This document shows, piece after piece, positions 1 through 8,990 of a DNA stretch of 17,836 nucleotides (the stretch's first letter is position 1; each line of letters starts with the position of its first letter). Source of the stretch: a candidate division WOR-3 bacterium (lineage in GTDB: Bacteria; Hydrothermota; Tepidihabitantia; SM23-42; CAYGYG01); assembly GCA_965648915.1 (NCBI GenBank), contig CBFGIV010000047.1:1-17836 (forward strand), in the 5' to 3' direction. The position numbers and the translations under genes are program-made. Under the pieces are notes generated by a model, which did not search any database, was not told the DNA's origin, and saw nothing but the letters and a program-made list of their open reading frames with translations.

Positions 1-713
1 ACAAGGAGATAGTCGCAATCGCCCATCTGGGCTTGCAAAACTTTCCAGTTTATCAGGGCGCGGTCCAGATATCGCACCAATGAATCAATCATCACATTGC
101 CTACATAATAGATCTTCGCTGGATCGATCCCTTCCCTTTTCAGATTATCATTGGCGCTCGGTTCAGTGGTGAATAGAAAATCGGCAAGTCTATCGGTCTC
201 GATCCGGTTGATCTCCTCAGGCATCGAGAGGTCAAAACTGCGCAGTCCGGCCTCGATATGGGCAATATATGGTTTGCGGAAATGGTCTGACTGGTCTATC
301 TGGTCTGTTTGGTTTATTTCGTCTATTTGGTCTGTTTGGTCTATCTGGTGTGGTTGGTTACAAGATTTGCGACATCTGTCGGCGGCAAGGGCACCGGCCA
401 GGGTCGAATTGACATCACCAACAACCACCACCAGGTCCGGTTGATAATCGCTCAAGACCGGTATCAGTCTATCGACGATTCGGGAGATCTGCTCATCACG
501 CGGTGCTGAGCCGACGCCCAGATAGATGTCCGGATCCGGCAGATCGAGGTCTTCAAAAAAGACCTTCGACATATTATCGTCATAGTGCTGACCCGTATGG
601 ACGAGAATCTGCTCGATATCGCCAAAATTTTTCATCTCGGCGATCAGCGGTCCAATCTTCATCAGGTTGGGCCTTGCCCCAACGACATTAACGACTTTAA
701 TCTTTTTATCCAT
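1..713 (-). CDS. wecB: UDP-N-acetylglucosamine 2-epimerase (non-hydrolysing), 3' end outside the window, with an in-frame repeat insertion
   Basis: Not in the ORF track. Manual translation from ATG at 713 gives MDKKIKVVNVVGARPNLMKIGPL...VHTGQHYDDNMS...VVVVGDVNSTLAGALAA...AHIEAGLRSFDLSMPEEINRIETD...VGNVMIDSL, open to the window edge. GARP, HTGQHY, GDxxS, AHxEAGLRS and PEExNR are hallmark motifs. Confidence 0.95.
   Translation of the reverse strand, partial: MDKKIKVVNVVGARPNLMKIGPLIAEMKNFGDIEQILVHTGQHYDDNMSKVFFEDLDLPDPDIYLGVGSAPRDEQISRIVDRLIPVLSDYQPDLVVVVGDVNSTLAGALAADRCRKSCNQPHQIDQTDQIDEINQTDQIDQSDHFRKPYIAHIEAGLRSFDLSMPEEINRIETDRLADFLFTTEPSANDNLKREGIDPAKIYYVGNVMIDSLVRYLDRALINWKVLQAQMGDCDYLL
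283..363. repeat. Degenerate 9-bp tandem array (TGGTCT[A/G]T[T/C]-like, 7-9 units) inside wecB
   Basis: tggtctgac tggtctatc tggtctgtt tggtttatt tcgtctatt tggtctgtt tggtctatc tggtgtggt tggttacaa; encodes NQPHQIDQTDQIDEINQTDQIDQSDH. Confidence 0.95.
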
Positions 714-782
714 TACCAACCCCGCAAAATCGTTGACTGGCCAACCAGTCTATCCGATCGTTTTCTAATTTTATCAATTCGG

Positions 783-1358
783 TTATTCTTTTTCAATCCT
801 TTCCTTAAAATACTGAGTTATCGCATGGCAGAGAATGAGATGGACATCTTCAACCTGTCCGTAATTTTGGTTTGAGATCGTAATATGCTCGTGAAGGATC
901 TCTTTAATCTGCCCACCGCCAAAGCCGAGTAGTCCAATAGTTATTGCCCCACACTCTTTAGCATAATTCACGGCCTGAATAACATTGGGCGAATTACCTG
1001 AACCGGTAATACATATAACAATATCCCCGGGATTCACCAGATTCATTAACTGTTCGATAAATACCTTTTCATAGCCAAAATCATTTGATAGGGCGGTCAT
1101 AAGCGGGATATTGTCATTAAGACTGATCACGCGAAATCGCTGTTTTCCATCGCAGATCGTGGTTTTACCGAGGTCACAAGCAAAATGTGAGGCAGTTGAG
1201 GCGCTACCCCCATTCCCCATAATGAAGACATAGCGACGCTTCTGATAGGCATCATAGAGAATTTCAGAAACCTTTTTTACTTTTTCGAGTTCAATCTCGT
1301 TCAGGGAATTAAATATCCCCTGAAAATACCCATTGATAAATTCCTCAATCATATCCAC
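783..1358 (-). CDS. gmhA: SIS-domain phosphoheptose (sedoheptulose-7-phosphate) isomerase
   Basis: GNGGSASTASHFACDL, TALSNDFGYEKVF, ITGSGNSPNVIQA, GQVEDVHLILCH motifs; adjacent to a heptose kinase-like gene. Confidence 0.85.
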   Translation of the reverse strand: MDMIEEFINGYFQGIFNSLNEIELEKVKKVSEILYDAYQKRRYVFIMGNGGSASTASHFACDLGKTTICDGKQRFRVISLNDNIPLMTALSNDFGYEKVFIEQLMNLVNPGDIVICITGSGNSPNVIQAVNYAKECGAITIGLLGFGGGQIKEILHEHITISNQNYGQVEDVHLILCHAITQYFKERIEKE

Positions 1359-1446
1359 TCCTTATTTTCAATACCTGCTATCAAAAACTAATGACTATGG
1401 ATATAAGCTAATCTCATTCCCGAAAAGATAAGTTCTTTGCTGAGGT

Positions 1447-2520
1447 TCATTCCCATTTGACCAGTCTCCAGAGCATTTCACCCCTTCCCCCGGCACTGAA
1501 AAATGGATTGTCGTAAACCAGTTGTGCCCCCTGATAATCAAATTTGAATCGCATCTCTCTTAACCCCTGATCGGCCATCACCTTTCGCAGTCTTGCCTGG
1601 TCCTCGGGTCGAGAATAGAAGAGCAAAAATCCACCACCCCCGGCGCCGGTAATCTTACCACCCAGCGCACCATTCTTTTTTGCTAATGCATATAATCTGT
1701 CGATCCGGGGATTAGAGATTCTATCTGAAATCTTTCTCTTCATCTGCCAGCCTTTATCGAGCAATTCACCAAACAGATCCAATTGATCACGGAGCAATGC
1801 CCTTTGCATCTCATTTACCAATTCTTTCAGACCGTGGAGTGCTTTGAGTGTAGCCTGTCGGCCCTTTTCTGTTTCCACACGCTGCTGTGTGAGAATTTCA
1901 GCAGAATTATGAGACTGACCGGTAAAGAAGAGTAATAACCGCTGTTCAAGGGCATCGAGTAGTGCTGGATCAACCGGCAATCTATGAACCGAAGTGCTCC
2001 CTGAAATATCAAAGGTAATCATATTTAGCCCACCAAATGCTGCAGCATATTCATCCTGTTTGCCGACCGGGCGTTTAAGTAGAGCACTGGCAATAAAAAA
2101 AGCGGTCTCAGCCAGATCATATCGACTCATTGGAATATTAAGATAGTGACTCACAATTTTTAACATATTGACGCAGACTGAACCCGATGAACCAAGACCT
2201 GTTCCCGGTGGAATCTCCGAGGCAACAAAGATATTAAGCCCGCGCTGACATTTTAAGTGTTTCAGGACGGCCAGGGGAATATTCAGGTCTGAAGAGACCA
2301 GTGCCTCATCGGATAAATCTATGCGATCAAGTTCAACCATGCGCTGGAGGTCAGAAGATATAACCTGGATAAAATTATCCTCCCTTTCGGTCAGGATCGT
2401 ATAGATGTATTTATTGATCGCAACACTTAAGACCAGACCACCATACTTAGTATAATAGACCGGCAGGTCGGTTCCGCCACCCGCAAAACTTATTCGGACC
2501 GGTGTTCGGGTTATTATCAT
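1447..2520 (-). CDS. hddA: GHMP kinase, D-glycero-alpha-D-manno-heptose-7-phosphate kinase (HddA-like)
   Basis: RTPVRISFAGGGTDLP, PPGTGLGSSG, GKQDEYAAAFGG, GGKITGAGGGGFL. Confidence 0.8.
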   Translation of the reverse strand: MIITRTPVRISFAGGGTDLPVYYTKYGGLVLSVAINKYIYTILTEREDNFIQVISSDLQRMVELDRIDLSDEALVSSDLNIPLAVLKHLKCQRGLNIFVASEIPPGTGLGSSGSVCVNMLKIVSHYLNIPMSRYDLAETAFFIASALLKRPVGKQDEYAAAFGGLNMITFDISGSTSVHRLPVDPALLDALEQRLLLFFTGQSHNSAEILTQQRVETEKGRQATLKALHGLKELVNEMQRALLRDQLDLFGELLDKGWQMKRKISDRISNPRIDRLYALAKKNGALGGKITGAGGGGFLLFYSRPEDQARLRKVMADQGLREMRFKFDYQGAQLVYDNPFFSAGGRGEMLWRLVKWE

Positions 2521-3956
2521 AGCGCAGTTTTCTGGTCAAGATAGACCAGCTTCCCAACCGGTAACCGCCGGCACACGCGCCCGAGGATAAGCCAGGAAGT
2601 CTGGAGTAAGATTTTCAAATCTAAGAATAAAGACTGTTGTTCGACATATTCTAAGTCGAAAAAGATCCGTTCCTCATAGGAACTGAACCCCCTCATCATA
2701 TTGATCTGGGCCAAACCGGTCAGACCCGGCTTGACCAGAAAACGCCGTTTCTGCCGTTCATTATAGCGATCATACCTTAATAAATTTTCCGGTCTTGGCC
2801 CAACCAGGCTCATATCACCTTTGAGGATATTCAACAACTGGGGTATCTCGGTCAAACCGTATTTCTCAATAAAATTGCCAAATGGTGTTGGAACGGCGGT
2901 AATATGTGGGTTGATCTTTTCAATGGTAACCGGCACAAAAAAACGATACATTGAAAAACGCTTTTCGCGCTCACCAATCCGAACCTCACTTTTAAGCACC
3001 GGCCCCTTAAAACTCATTTTTAATTTAAGATAGATAAGGATAGTTAATGGTAATGTTAAAATCAGCAGGATAATTGAACCGATATAGTCAAGCAAAATTT
3101 TTCCCAATTTTTCCCAGAACTGAAGATTGATCGGTCTAAAATAGATGGTCGGGATACCGGCAATATCATTAATCCACATTCTACAGGAGAGAATTTCGTA
3201 GATATCCGGTACTACCCTGATTTCAATCCCGTGACGCTGGCAGGCATTGGCAACAGCCCAGAGATCATTACTCCGGCCCAGGGGGATGGTAAAGATTACC
3301 TCATTGATCTTCAGATTAATAATCTCATCGATGATCAATGAGGTCTCGGCAACTTTTATATCTTTACCGGTATGGGCATTTTCTTTTTCATCGACAGTCT
3401 CCCCAGCCGTCATCGGCGAAATTGTCCCCACAATCTTATATCCCAGTTCTGGATGGACTCTGACGACCTTCTGGATAAGTTGTGCGGCATTAGATTCACC
3501 AATAATCAATATCCGCTTAACCCCTATCCCCCTGTTCCGGAAGAAGATAATCAAGCGCTTCAGAAAGACCCGTAACCCGCTCAGGAACAGAATACCAAGC
3601 ACCCAGGCATAAATCAGGAGAAGACGCGAATAGAAAAACTGCTTTAGTATGTAAGACATAAATAAGAAGACCACAATGCCCAGTGATACAGCAAGAACTG
3701 TGCTGAAGAAAAGTTCTGAATAACGCCAGCCCCGTCTTATCTGGTATAGACCAAAATAAGCAACTATCCCAATCCAGCCCGGGATCAGAATCGCAACAAA
3801 CCTTAAATAATTCTCGAGCGGAACAATGCCCGGAGGTGAATAGAAATACCTGATGGTGTATGCCAGGAAGAAAGCCGACATAATCAGCAGGGCATCGCAT
3901 ACAATCATAAAGAGAATGAAGAGAAACCGGCGATTACGCAGAATCAACCTTTTCAT
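2517..3956 (-). CDS. Large WcaJ/CpsE-type polyprenyl glycosylphosphotransferase (N-terminal TM helices, CoA-binding-like domain, C-terminal PGT domain with degenerate active site)
   Basis: Hydrophobic N-terminal segments, ILIIGE, PQLLNILKGDMSLVGPRP, VKPGLTGLAQI, DLEYVEQQSLFLDLKILLQT. Confidence 0.9.
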   Translation of the reverse strand: MKRLILRNRRFLFILFMIVCDALLIMSAFFLAYTIRYFYSPPGIVPLENYLRFVAILIPGWIGIVAYFGLYQIRRGWRYSELFFSTVLAVSLGIVVFLFMSYILKQFFYSRLLLIYAWVLGILFLSGLRVFLKRLIIFFRNRGIGVKRILIIGESNAAQLIQKVVRVHPELGYKIVGTISPMTAGETVDEKENAHTGKDIKVAETSLIIDEIINLKINEVIFTIPLGRSNDLWAVANACQRHGIEIRVVPDIYEILSCRMWINDIAGIPTIYFRPINLQFWEKLGKILLDYIGSIILLILTLPLTILIYLKLKMSFKGPVLKSEVRIGEREKRFSMYRFFVPVTIEKINPHITAVPTPFGNFIEKYGLTEIPQLLNILKGDMSLVGPRPENLLRYDRYNERQKRRFLVKPGLTGLAQINMMRGFSSYEERIFFDLEYVEQQSLFLDLKILLQTSWLILGRVCRRLPVGKLVYLDQKTAL

Positions 3957-5095
3957 TAACGACCCGCCCTGATAACTACACCCAGTTTTTGCATCTCTTT
4001 CTCTGCGGTCAAAAAGTAGGTCAGGTGGCGACCCTTACTTTCTATCCATTCAATATATTCACTGATAATCTCGTCAATTGTCCGGCCAGGTGACCAGCCC
4101 AAACTCTTAAGTTTTTTATTACTGGAGACACTGTGCCGGTTATCACCCAATCGAAATTCATTTTTGATGATGGGTTTAAAATATCGATTCATCCGTTTCA
4201 TCAATCTATCCGCATATTCAAGGACTGTGGTTGAGCAACCCGAACCGACATTATAGACCTCGTAGTTTACCTTTTCTGAATTGAAGACTTTGAGATTCGC
4301 CGCAACCGCATCTTTAATATGCGTGTAATCCCGCTGCTGTTTACCGTCTTCATAAATAATTGGGGGCAGGTCATTAAAGAGTCTCAAGCAGAAGCGGCGT
4401 AAGATCCCTGAATATGGGTTGAATGGTGATTGTCTTGGCCCCTGAATGATTGAATACCTTAAGGCAACAGTGGGAATATTATGCAATCGGCCCAGGCGCA
4501 AGGCGGTCAACTCCTGGGCATATTTGGAGAGGGCATACTGATTACAGGGATTGCTGAACTCCTCTTGCAGAAGGAGATTTTGCATATCTCTTTTACAAAC
4601 CGGGCACTTGATCTCCCATTCAGCCCTGAGTAGCTGCTCCCTGACTCTATTCAGAGGCTGGTAACATTTGACCCGGTGCATCCGGCACTCCCGGTTGCGA
4701 CATCGATATTGACCTTCGCCATAGACCGCTTGTGAAGAAGCAACCACCACCTTTTTGATATTCAACTTCTTTTCCACTATCACTTCATAAAGCAATGCCG
4801 TCCCTGCCACGTTCACCTGAAAAAATTTGGAAAAGTCCGGCAGATAATCCTGATAGGCGGCAAAATGGAAAATACCCTCCACTTTATTCAGTGCTTTTTC
4901 CCATACCTTTTTATCCCGCACATCGCCCTTAATAAATTCGACATCCTTAAGCGGGACATAATCCGGGATTTTTCCTTTTGGGTGTACGGGAGGCGTCAGG
5001 TTATCGAGAATTACCACTCTATGCCCGGCCTTCAACAGGGCATCGACCGTATGGGAACCGATAAATCCTGCACCACCGGTGACAAGAATCTTCAT
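3956..5095 (-). CDS. NAD-dependent epimerase/dehydratase (extended SDR) with a Cys-rich insert
   Basis: ILVTGGAGFIGSH, ASSQAVYGEG, YALSK (YxxxK), DGKQQRDYTHIKD. Confidence 0.93.
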   Translation of the reverse strand: MKILVTGGAGFIGSHTVDALLKAGHRVVILDNLTPPVHPKGKIPDYVPLKDVEFIKGDVRDKKVWEKALNKVEGIFHFAAYQDYLPDFSKFFQVNVAGTALLYEVIVEKKLNIKKVVVASSQAVYGEGQYRCRNRECRMHRVKCYQPLNRVREQLLRAEWEIKCPVCKRDMQNLLLQEEFSNPCNQYALSKYAQELTALRLGRLHNIPTVALRYSIIQGPRQSPFNPYSGILRRFCLRLFNDLPPIIYEDGKQQRDYTHIKDAVAANLKVFNSEKVNYEVYNVGSGCSTTVLEYADRLMKRMNRYFKPIIKNEFRLGDNRHSVSSNKKLKSLGWSPGRTIDEIISEYIEWIESKGRHLTYFLTAEKEMQKLGVVIRAGR

Positions 5096-6084
5096 AGTTT
5101 AATCCTCTTCTCTTTTAAAATTGACCTCTGCGTCGCCTCGAGGACCTTCATCACCATAAGACCCTGCCGGCCATCGGCCGAGACCGAGCCATTACCCTTT
5201 ATGGCATTTATGAATGCCCGGCATTCGTTCATTAAAGGTTCTTCATCGGGTAGATCAATTATGACATCCCGCTTCGATTTAGAAAAAAACCTATCCCGAT
5301 TACCAAACCCGGGTATCAAATTATGTTTAAAAAATTTCAATCGACTACCATTCACCGTCTCGTCGAAACGCAAAAAACCTCTGGCTCCAGCAACCTGCAA
5401 ACGCCGGATCTTTTCCGCCGAGAGCCAAGATACCTGATGGATGGTGAACGAGCCATCAGTAAACTCGAGACAGACCGTGGCATAGTCGATAAGGTCAGGA
5501 TGGGCGAATCTTCGGCCTACTGCCAGGACTGAGATGGGTTCTTTCTTCCAGAGATGGAGCACAACCGAGATATCGTGGACCGCAAGGTCCCAGATAACAT
5601 CGACATCAACTTCTGGTGGTGGTGGATTGCTCCTTATAGAATCAGCAAAGAACAATCGACCCAGTCGTCTCTTGGCAATCAACCTCTCCATCTCAATAAT
5701 GGCTGGATGATAAATCATAATATGTCCAGCAGCAAAAACCAGATTAAATTTTTCTGCAATATCAATCAATCTTGCAGTCTCGGCCGAGGTTCTGGTCAAT
5801 GCCTTTTCAACCAGAATATGTTTGCCTGCCCTCAGTGCAGCCAATCCGATTCCATAATGGCTCGAGACCGGCGTCGCAATGACAACTGCATCAACCACCC
5901 TGTCTTTGACCACTTCGAGATAATCGGTTGAGCACTTAATTTCAGGCCATTTTTCTCTAACATATCTAAGGTTTTCCGGTTTAAGATCACAAACAACTTT
6001 AACATTGACACCGGGCAGGTCTATAAAATTCCTTAGTAGATTCCTTCCCCACTTTCCGACGCCGATGATGCCGATATTTATCAT
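5092..6084 (-). CDS. Gfo/Idh/MocA family oxidoreductase
   Basis: IGIIGVGKWG, DAVVIATP, GKHILVEKAL, WDLAVHD. ATG at 6084 preferred over TTG at 6087. Confidence 0.9.
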   Translation of the reverse strand: MINIGIIGVGKWGRNLLRNFIDLPGVNVKVVCDLKPENLRYVREKWPEIKCSTDYLEVVKDRVVDAVVIATPVSSHYGIGLAALRAGKHILVEKALTRTSAETARLIDIAEKFNLVFAAGHIMIYHPAIIEMERLIAKRRLGRLFFADSIRSNPPPPEVDVDVIWDLAVHDISVVLHLWKKEPISVLAVGRRFAHPDLIDYATVCLEFTDGSFTIHQVSWLSAEKIRRLQVAGARGFLRFDETVNGSRLKFFKHNLIPGFGNRDRFFSKSKRDVIIDLPDEEPLMNECRAFINAIKGNGSVSADGRQGLMVMKVLEATQRSILKEKRIKL

Positions 6085-6094
6085 CAAACCAGTG

Positions 6095-6676
6095 TCAGTA
6101 ATTTTTACCCGAGATGATATACCAGACTGCGCCTAATAAAATCTTCAGATCGAGACCGATAGACTGTTTCTCAATATACTCGATATCCAGTCTTACCCAC
6201 TCATCAATATCCCTCGGTTGTCCCCGGATATGCCAGAGGCAGACTGCACCGGGTTTAATCGTTAACTTTCTCTTCTGCTCTTCATTAAACTGAGCCCACT
6301 CATAATCGAGCACCGGTCTTGGCCCAACCAGGCTCATATCCCCCTTCAAGATATTCCAGAGTTGGGGTAACTCATCAAGACTGAACTTTCGTAAGATCCG
6401 GCCGATAAAGGTTACGCGCGGGTCATTTCTCATCTTAAAGACCGGTCCAACCGCTTCGTTCTTATCAAGGAGTTCTTTTTTCATTAAATCCGCACCGACC
6501 ACCATTGTTCGGAATTTATAGGCACGAAATGGCCTGCCGTTCTTTCCCACCACGGGCCAGCGATAAAATACCGGCCCCGGCGAAGTGAGTTTAATCGCAA
6601 TACTGATCAAAATAAAAAGCGGTAAGAAAACTAAGATTGCGATGATTGAACCAATAATATCTAATAACCTTTTCAT
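6095..6676 (-). CDS. Small monotopic phosphoglycosyl transferase (bacterial sugar transferase, PglC-like)
   Basis: MKRLLDII, SPGPVFY, KFRTM, DPRVTFIGRILRKFSLDELPQLWNILKGDMSLVGPRP with intact Asp-Glu dyad. Confidence 0.95.
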   Translation of the reverse strand: MKRLLDIIGSIIAILVFLPLFILISIAIKLTSPGPVFYRWPVVGKNGRPFRAYKFRTMVVGADLMKKELLDKNEAVGPVFKMRNDPRVTFIGRILRKFSLDELPQLWNILKGDMSLVGPRPVLDYEWAQFNEEQKRKLTIKPGAVCLWHIRGQPRDIDEWVRLDIEYIEKQSIGLDLKILLGAVWYIISGKNY

Positions 6677-6713
6677 TTAGCAAATGCCCGGTAATTAAAG
6701 TTTTTTGTAAAAA

Positions 6714-7838
6714 TCAATCTTCATTTATTAAACTTATAAGTTCAACCTCTATTCGATCGGTAATCTTATCCCAATCATACTGCCTGCGTCCAAATTCCTG
6801 GAGCCTTTTGCCCTGACTATAGAGATGATGAGGATTTGATGTTAAAATCTCCTTAATTTTCTCGGCAAGATCATTAATATTGCCAGATTTGAAAAATAAC
6901 CCATTATCCTCAAGCACATCTTTATTCTCAGGGATATCACTTGTGAGAATTGGTCGACCACAACCCATAGCCTCAAGAATTGATAAGGGCATTCCCTCAA
7001 TTAAAGACGGCTGAACAAAACATAAAGCATTTGTTAATAGTTCTTCTTTAAGATTGCCGGTTGCAAATCCTGTAAAGACAATATCATTAAATCGCTTAAA
7101 CTCTATTAAATCGAGATAATATTTATCCCGGTGGTTACTGTCGCCTGCGATTACAAGTTTTTTATCTTTTTTATATGCGCCGGGGATCATTCGCCAGGCT
7201 TGAATCAATAAATGGGCGCCTTTCTCAGGTACCAATCGGGCCATAAAAAGCAAATAGTCACCACCACTCAATCCAAATTTCTTTATTTCATGTGGAATCC
7301 GTATTTCTACATTAGGGATACCATTTGGAACATAAACACATTTTATGCCATAGTTTTTCTCAAAAAATCTCTTGTCTTCCTTACAAACACAAAATATCCG
7401 ATGTGGTAATCTGGCAGTAGTCCACGCTGACATACGAATAAGTTTTTTTGCTAACCGACCCCATTTCTCCCGTTTCCAATCCAGACCGTGGGTATGAACT
7501 ACGACTTTCTTGCCGCAGATTCTCGGCAACCAGGCTAACACTGAAAGACCAATGGCATTGACATAAACAATATCATATCCGTTGCTCAGAATTCTTGGGA
7601 GGGCAGAAAGACTGTGGGTAACAGCGTCTAAATTTTTATGACGTATTCCCGGACTGTACAGCAATTTAATGCCTTTATATTCTTTGAATGTTTTCCCGTT
7701 CATATATGATTTTCGAACAAAAATATCAAATCTGTGTCCGCGTCGGACCAGCCGCGAACCAATCTCTTCCATAACCAGTTCAATACCTCCAGGATGAGGG
7801 ATACCTTTGGCACCTAATGCAACAATTTTCAATTGCAC
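6714..7838 (-). CDS. Glycosyltransferase family 4
   Basis: GAKGIPHPGGIE, HTHGLDWKREKW, ARLVPEKG, PSLIEGMPLSILEAM; GTG start. Confidence 0.93.
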   Translation of the reverse strand: MQLKIVALGAKGIPHPGGIELVMEEIGSRLVRRGHRFDIFVRKSYMNGKTFKEYKGIKLLYSPGIRHKNLDAVTHSLSALPRILSNGYDIVYVNAIGLSVLAWLPRICGKKVVVHTHGLDWKREKWGRLAKKLIRMSAWTTARLPHRIFCVCKEDKRFFEKNYGIKCVYVPNGIPNVEIRIPHEIKKFGLSGGDYLLFMARLVPEKGAHLLIQAWRMIPGAYKKDKKLVIAGDSNHRDKYYLDLIEFKRFNDIVFTGFATGNLKEELLTNALCFVQPSLIEGMPLSILEAMGCGRPILTSDIPENKDVLEDNGLFFKSGNINDLAEKIKEILTSNPHHLYSQGKRLQEFGRRQYDWDKITDRIEVELISLINED

Positions 7839-7881
7839 TTTTTTAAAATCGCCTAAGACTTAGAATAAATTAGAATTACTA

Positions 7882-8877
7882 TCAGGTAAGGCACACATCT
7901 TTACCAATGGCGAGACGCAGTTTATTTTTTGCAATCCAGAAGAGTGGAACCCAGGGTGTTTTTCGCATGGCTGGAACAGCGGTTCCAACCATCCAGCACT
8001 GACGATCGCATTTTTGAACACTTTCCCGAACCTGCTGTGCCTGTGGGCTATGCCAGATTTCATCGAAAGATTGCCTGGTCAAATCGCCCATGACCCAGGG
8101 CTCGGCCGAACCATTACAGGCCAGGATTTTGCCGTATGGATCTAAAAAGAATAGATCTTGTCCTGCTCCGCACGGTAAACATCGGACAACACCATTCATG
8201 TAGCGAAGTAAACCTAAATTTATAAAAGCCCTCCCCCAGTCTTTGATACGAAGTTTAAGATTCTTTCTTTTTGACTGAAGCAATGCTGTTATGAATTCCT
8301 TCATTCGTGCAGTAACAAATTGTAAGTTTTCAATCTTATTGTCGTGTTTGTGAAAATAAAATGAATTATGCATTGTGCAAGAAGCAAACTCAATACCCAT
8401 CCGGCTGCACATTTTATATAAATCAAGCAAATCGTGAGCATTTTTGTCGGAAATGACAATACCAAAACCAACATCTTTAACTCCAACATCGAGTAATGCG
8501 ATCACCGTTTTCAGCGCGTGGTCAAATCCATCCTTGATGCCGCGTAACTCATCATTTATCTTCGGGAATCCTTCAATACTTATCCGGAATGTAACCTGCG
8601 GGAATCTTTTCCCAACAGCGACAAGGTGCTCAGTGAAATAACCGTTAGTGCTTATCTCCAGACGCTTGGTCTTTTGAACCAAAATTTCAACAATCTCAAC
8701 AAGATCTTTTCTTAAAGTCGGTTCGCCGCCGGTCACGTTCAACCGTTTCATACCCGCCGGGATCTTTTTCAAAATTTCGGGTCGGAATTCCTCTTCGACC
8801 CGGGTCGGGTTTGCCCAACTATTGCACATCTGGCATCGGGCATTACAGCGATAAGTGGTTATAACTGCACATTCCAT
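7882..8877 (-). CDS. Radical SAM protein with C-terminal SPASM/twitch domain
   Basis: CNARCQMC (CxxxCxxC), TGGEP, ISTNG, C-terminal CGAG...DPYGKILAC...CDRQCW. Confidence 0.93.
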   Translation of the reverse strand: MECAVITTYRCNARCQMCNSWANPTRVEEEFRPEILKKIPAGMKRLNVTGGEPTLRKDLVEIVEILVQKTKRLEISTNGYFTEHLVAVGKRFPQVTFRISIEGFPKINDELRGIKDGFDHALKTVIALLDVGVKDVGFGIVISDKNAHDLLDLYKMCSRMGIEFASCTMHNSFYFHKHDNKIENLQFVTARMKEFITALLQSKRKNLKLRIKDWGRAFINLGLLRYMNGVVRCLPCGAGQDLFFLDPYGKILACNGSAEPWVMGDLTRQSFDEIWHSPQAQQVRESVQKCDRQCWMVGTAVPAMRKTPWVPLFWIAKNKLRLAIGKDVCLT

Positions 8878-8886
8878 ATAACCATC

Positions 8887-8967
8887 GGTTTAGTTGGTTT
8901 TATTTGTTATATTAGTTTTAAAACCAATTAACCTCTAACAACCAATTCGACTAATTAAACCAATTTA
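8887..8967. repeat. Degenerate 9-bp repeats downstream of the four-helix-bundle gene, switching polarity at a TTTTAAAA-centred palindrome
   Basis: ggtttagtt ggttttatt tgttatatt agttttaa | aaccaatt aacctctaa caaccaatt cgactaatt aaaccaatt; near-palindrome attagttttaaaaccaat at 8911-8928. Confidence 0.8.
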
Positions 8968-8990
8968 ACTGCACTTTCTATTTAAATAGG

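Noticed and set aside
735..750. Hairpin GACTGG-CCAA-CCAGTC between gmhA and wecB as a terminator
   Set aside because: 6-bp stem with no adjacent U-tract on the transcribed strand; insufficient support.
151..875. Plus-strand ORFs 151..444, 309..509, 503..691, 585..875
   Set aside because: Antisense shadows of wecB/gmhA. The W-S-x and V-Y-L periodicity is just the 9-bp array read on the other strand.
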